Assembly: GCA_005883625.1 (NCBI GenBank)
Contig: VBDU01000034.1
Coordinates: 4,160 to 68,159 of the forward strand
Length of the DNA stretch: 64,000 nucleotides
Reading direction: 5' to 3'
Source: Chloroflexota bacterium
GTDB taxonomy: Bacteria > Chloroflexota > Limnocylindria > P2-11E
This document shows, piece after piece, positions 63,234-64,000 of the stretch. The notes under the pieces were generated by a model, which saw only the letters and a list, made by a program, of their open reading frames with translations, searched no databases and was not told the DNA's origin. Every line of letters starts with the position of its first letter. Positions within the stretch are counted from its first letter, which is position 1. The position numbers were made by a program, and so were the translations under genes.

Positions 63234-64000
63234 GTGCGGGCCGAGGTCGCGGCCGGCGTGGACCCGGCCGGCCTGCTCTCGTTGTATGCCGAGCCCACGC
63301 GCCGGACGATCCTGCGCGAGCGCGTCCGCGTCGCATCGCGTCGACCGCTCGCGGACGAAGAGGTCGACGAGCTGTGCGCGGAGCTTTTCGGCTTCGGCCC
63401 CCTCCAGCGCTATCTCGACGATCCCGCGGTGACCGACGTCCTCGTGAACGGTCCTCGCGATGTGTTCGTCGAGCGCGCCGGACGCCTCGAGCGCGCGCCG
63501 GTCGAGTTCCGCGGGCCGGACGCGATCGGCGAGCTCGCGCACCGGATCGCTGCGAGCGTGGGCCGCGAGCTCACGCTCGAGCGGCCGTTCGTCGACGCGC
63601 GCATGCGCGACGGCAGCCGCGCGAACGCGGTGATCGCGCCGGTCGGTGGGCCGACGCTCTCGATCCGCAAGTTCGAGCGCATCGCGGTGGCGCTCGAGGG
63701 CGCGTCCGGCTCCTGGCGCGCGAGCGGACTCCATCCGGACGCGGCCGCCCTGCTCCGGCGCTGCGTCGTCGCTCGCGCGTCACTCGTCGTGAGCGGCGCG
63801 ACCGGGTCGGGGAAGAGCACGCTGCTTCGCTCGCTCGCCGACGCGATCCCGCACGACGAGCGGCTCATCGTCATCGAGGACACGAACGAGCTCGTGCTCC
63901 CGCATCCGCATGCGGTGCACCTCGAATGCGTTCCGGCCCGCGAGGGCGGGGGCGTCACGGTCGCGGATCTCGTGGCGAACGCGCTGCGGATGCGTCCCGA
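63234..64000 (+). CDS. cpaF: CpaF/TadA secretion ATPase (partial; runs off the window).
   Basis: ELFGFGPLQRYLDDPAVTDVLVNGPRDVFVER is followed by the Walker A GATGSGKST and IVIEDTNEL. The start was chosen at GTG 63234. Confidence 0.8.
   Translation, partial: MRAEVAAGVDPAGLLSLYAEPTRRTILRERVRVASRRPLADEEVDELCAELFGFGPLQRYLDDPAVTDVLVNGPRDVFVERAGRLERAPVEFRGPDAIGELAHRIAASVGRELTLERPFVDARMRDGSRANAVIAPVGGPTLSIRKFERIAVALEGASGSWRASGLHPDAAALLRRCVVARASLVVSGATGSGKSTLLRSLADAIPHDERLIVIEDTNELVLPHPHAVHLECVPAREGGGVTVADLVANALRMRP

Noticed and set aside
60642-63734. 1030-aa minus-strand ORF across the tad locus
   Set aside because: Antisense to six well-supported overlapping plus-strand tad genes; extreme Arg/Ser/Ala composition.
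1-64000. CRISPR arrays, transposases, integrases, prophage or other mobile elements
   Set aside because: None recognised. The only repeats are short REP-like hairpins, a 3x10-bp tandem, and the 25-nt promoter repeat.

Overview
This window is a very high-GC (~70%) bacterial chromosomal segment. The codon usage, GTG/TTG starts, taGTG and ATGA gene overlaps, F420/LLM-type oxidoreductases and a secretin-less Tad locus point to an actinobacterium-like (monoderm) organism. Genes are densely packed on both strands and are mostly housekeeping or accessory metabolism. Recognisable genes include:
- malic enzyme, acetyl-CoA synthetase, LpdA, MurA, threonine synthase and threonine dehydratase
- a cystathionine beta-synthase/gamma-lyase pair followed by GNAT, CcdA and TlpA genes
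- several MFS transporters, a peptide-type ABC importer lacking its ATPases, an S9 peptidase and gamma-glutamyltransferase
- LigD-polymerase and ATP-dependent ligase modules, HU, a tRNA-Arg(TCT), a bacterial animal-type heme peroxidase, and a SpoIID/LytB-domain protein with three Ig-like repeats
- at the 3' end, a Tad/Flp pilus locus: flp, two tadE, cpaB, a split tadZ, and cpaF running off the window

No CRISPR array, transposase, integrase or phage block was found. The most interesting features are:
- a translationally coupled HAD-phosphatase plus RecB/RNase-H-like (TM0106-family) nuclease pair
- a cgs-like PLP enzyme plus ATP-grasp ligase cassette next to a divergent DHA2 exporter
- a family of GC-rich REP-like hairpins (GGGGGC-NNN-GCCCCC-GGCCCCC) scattered through intergenic regions
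- a 25-nt AT-richer direct repeat pair in the divergent promoter upstream of malic enzyme
- an orphan Phd/YefM antitoxin, an orphan DUF4157-like HExxH ORF with no canonical start, and several genes that look frameshifted or use non-canonical starts (FAD oxidase, KGG stress protein, LLM oxidoreductase, M20 peptidase, TauE)

Most long ORFs in the six-frame track that lie antisense to these genes are high-GC artefacts. All functional calls are from motif recognition in the translations; no database search was run.
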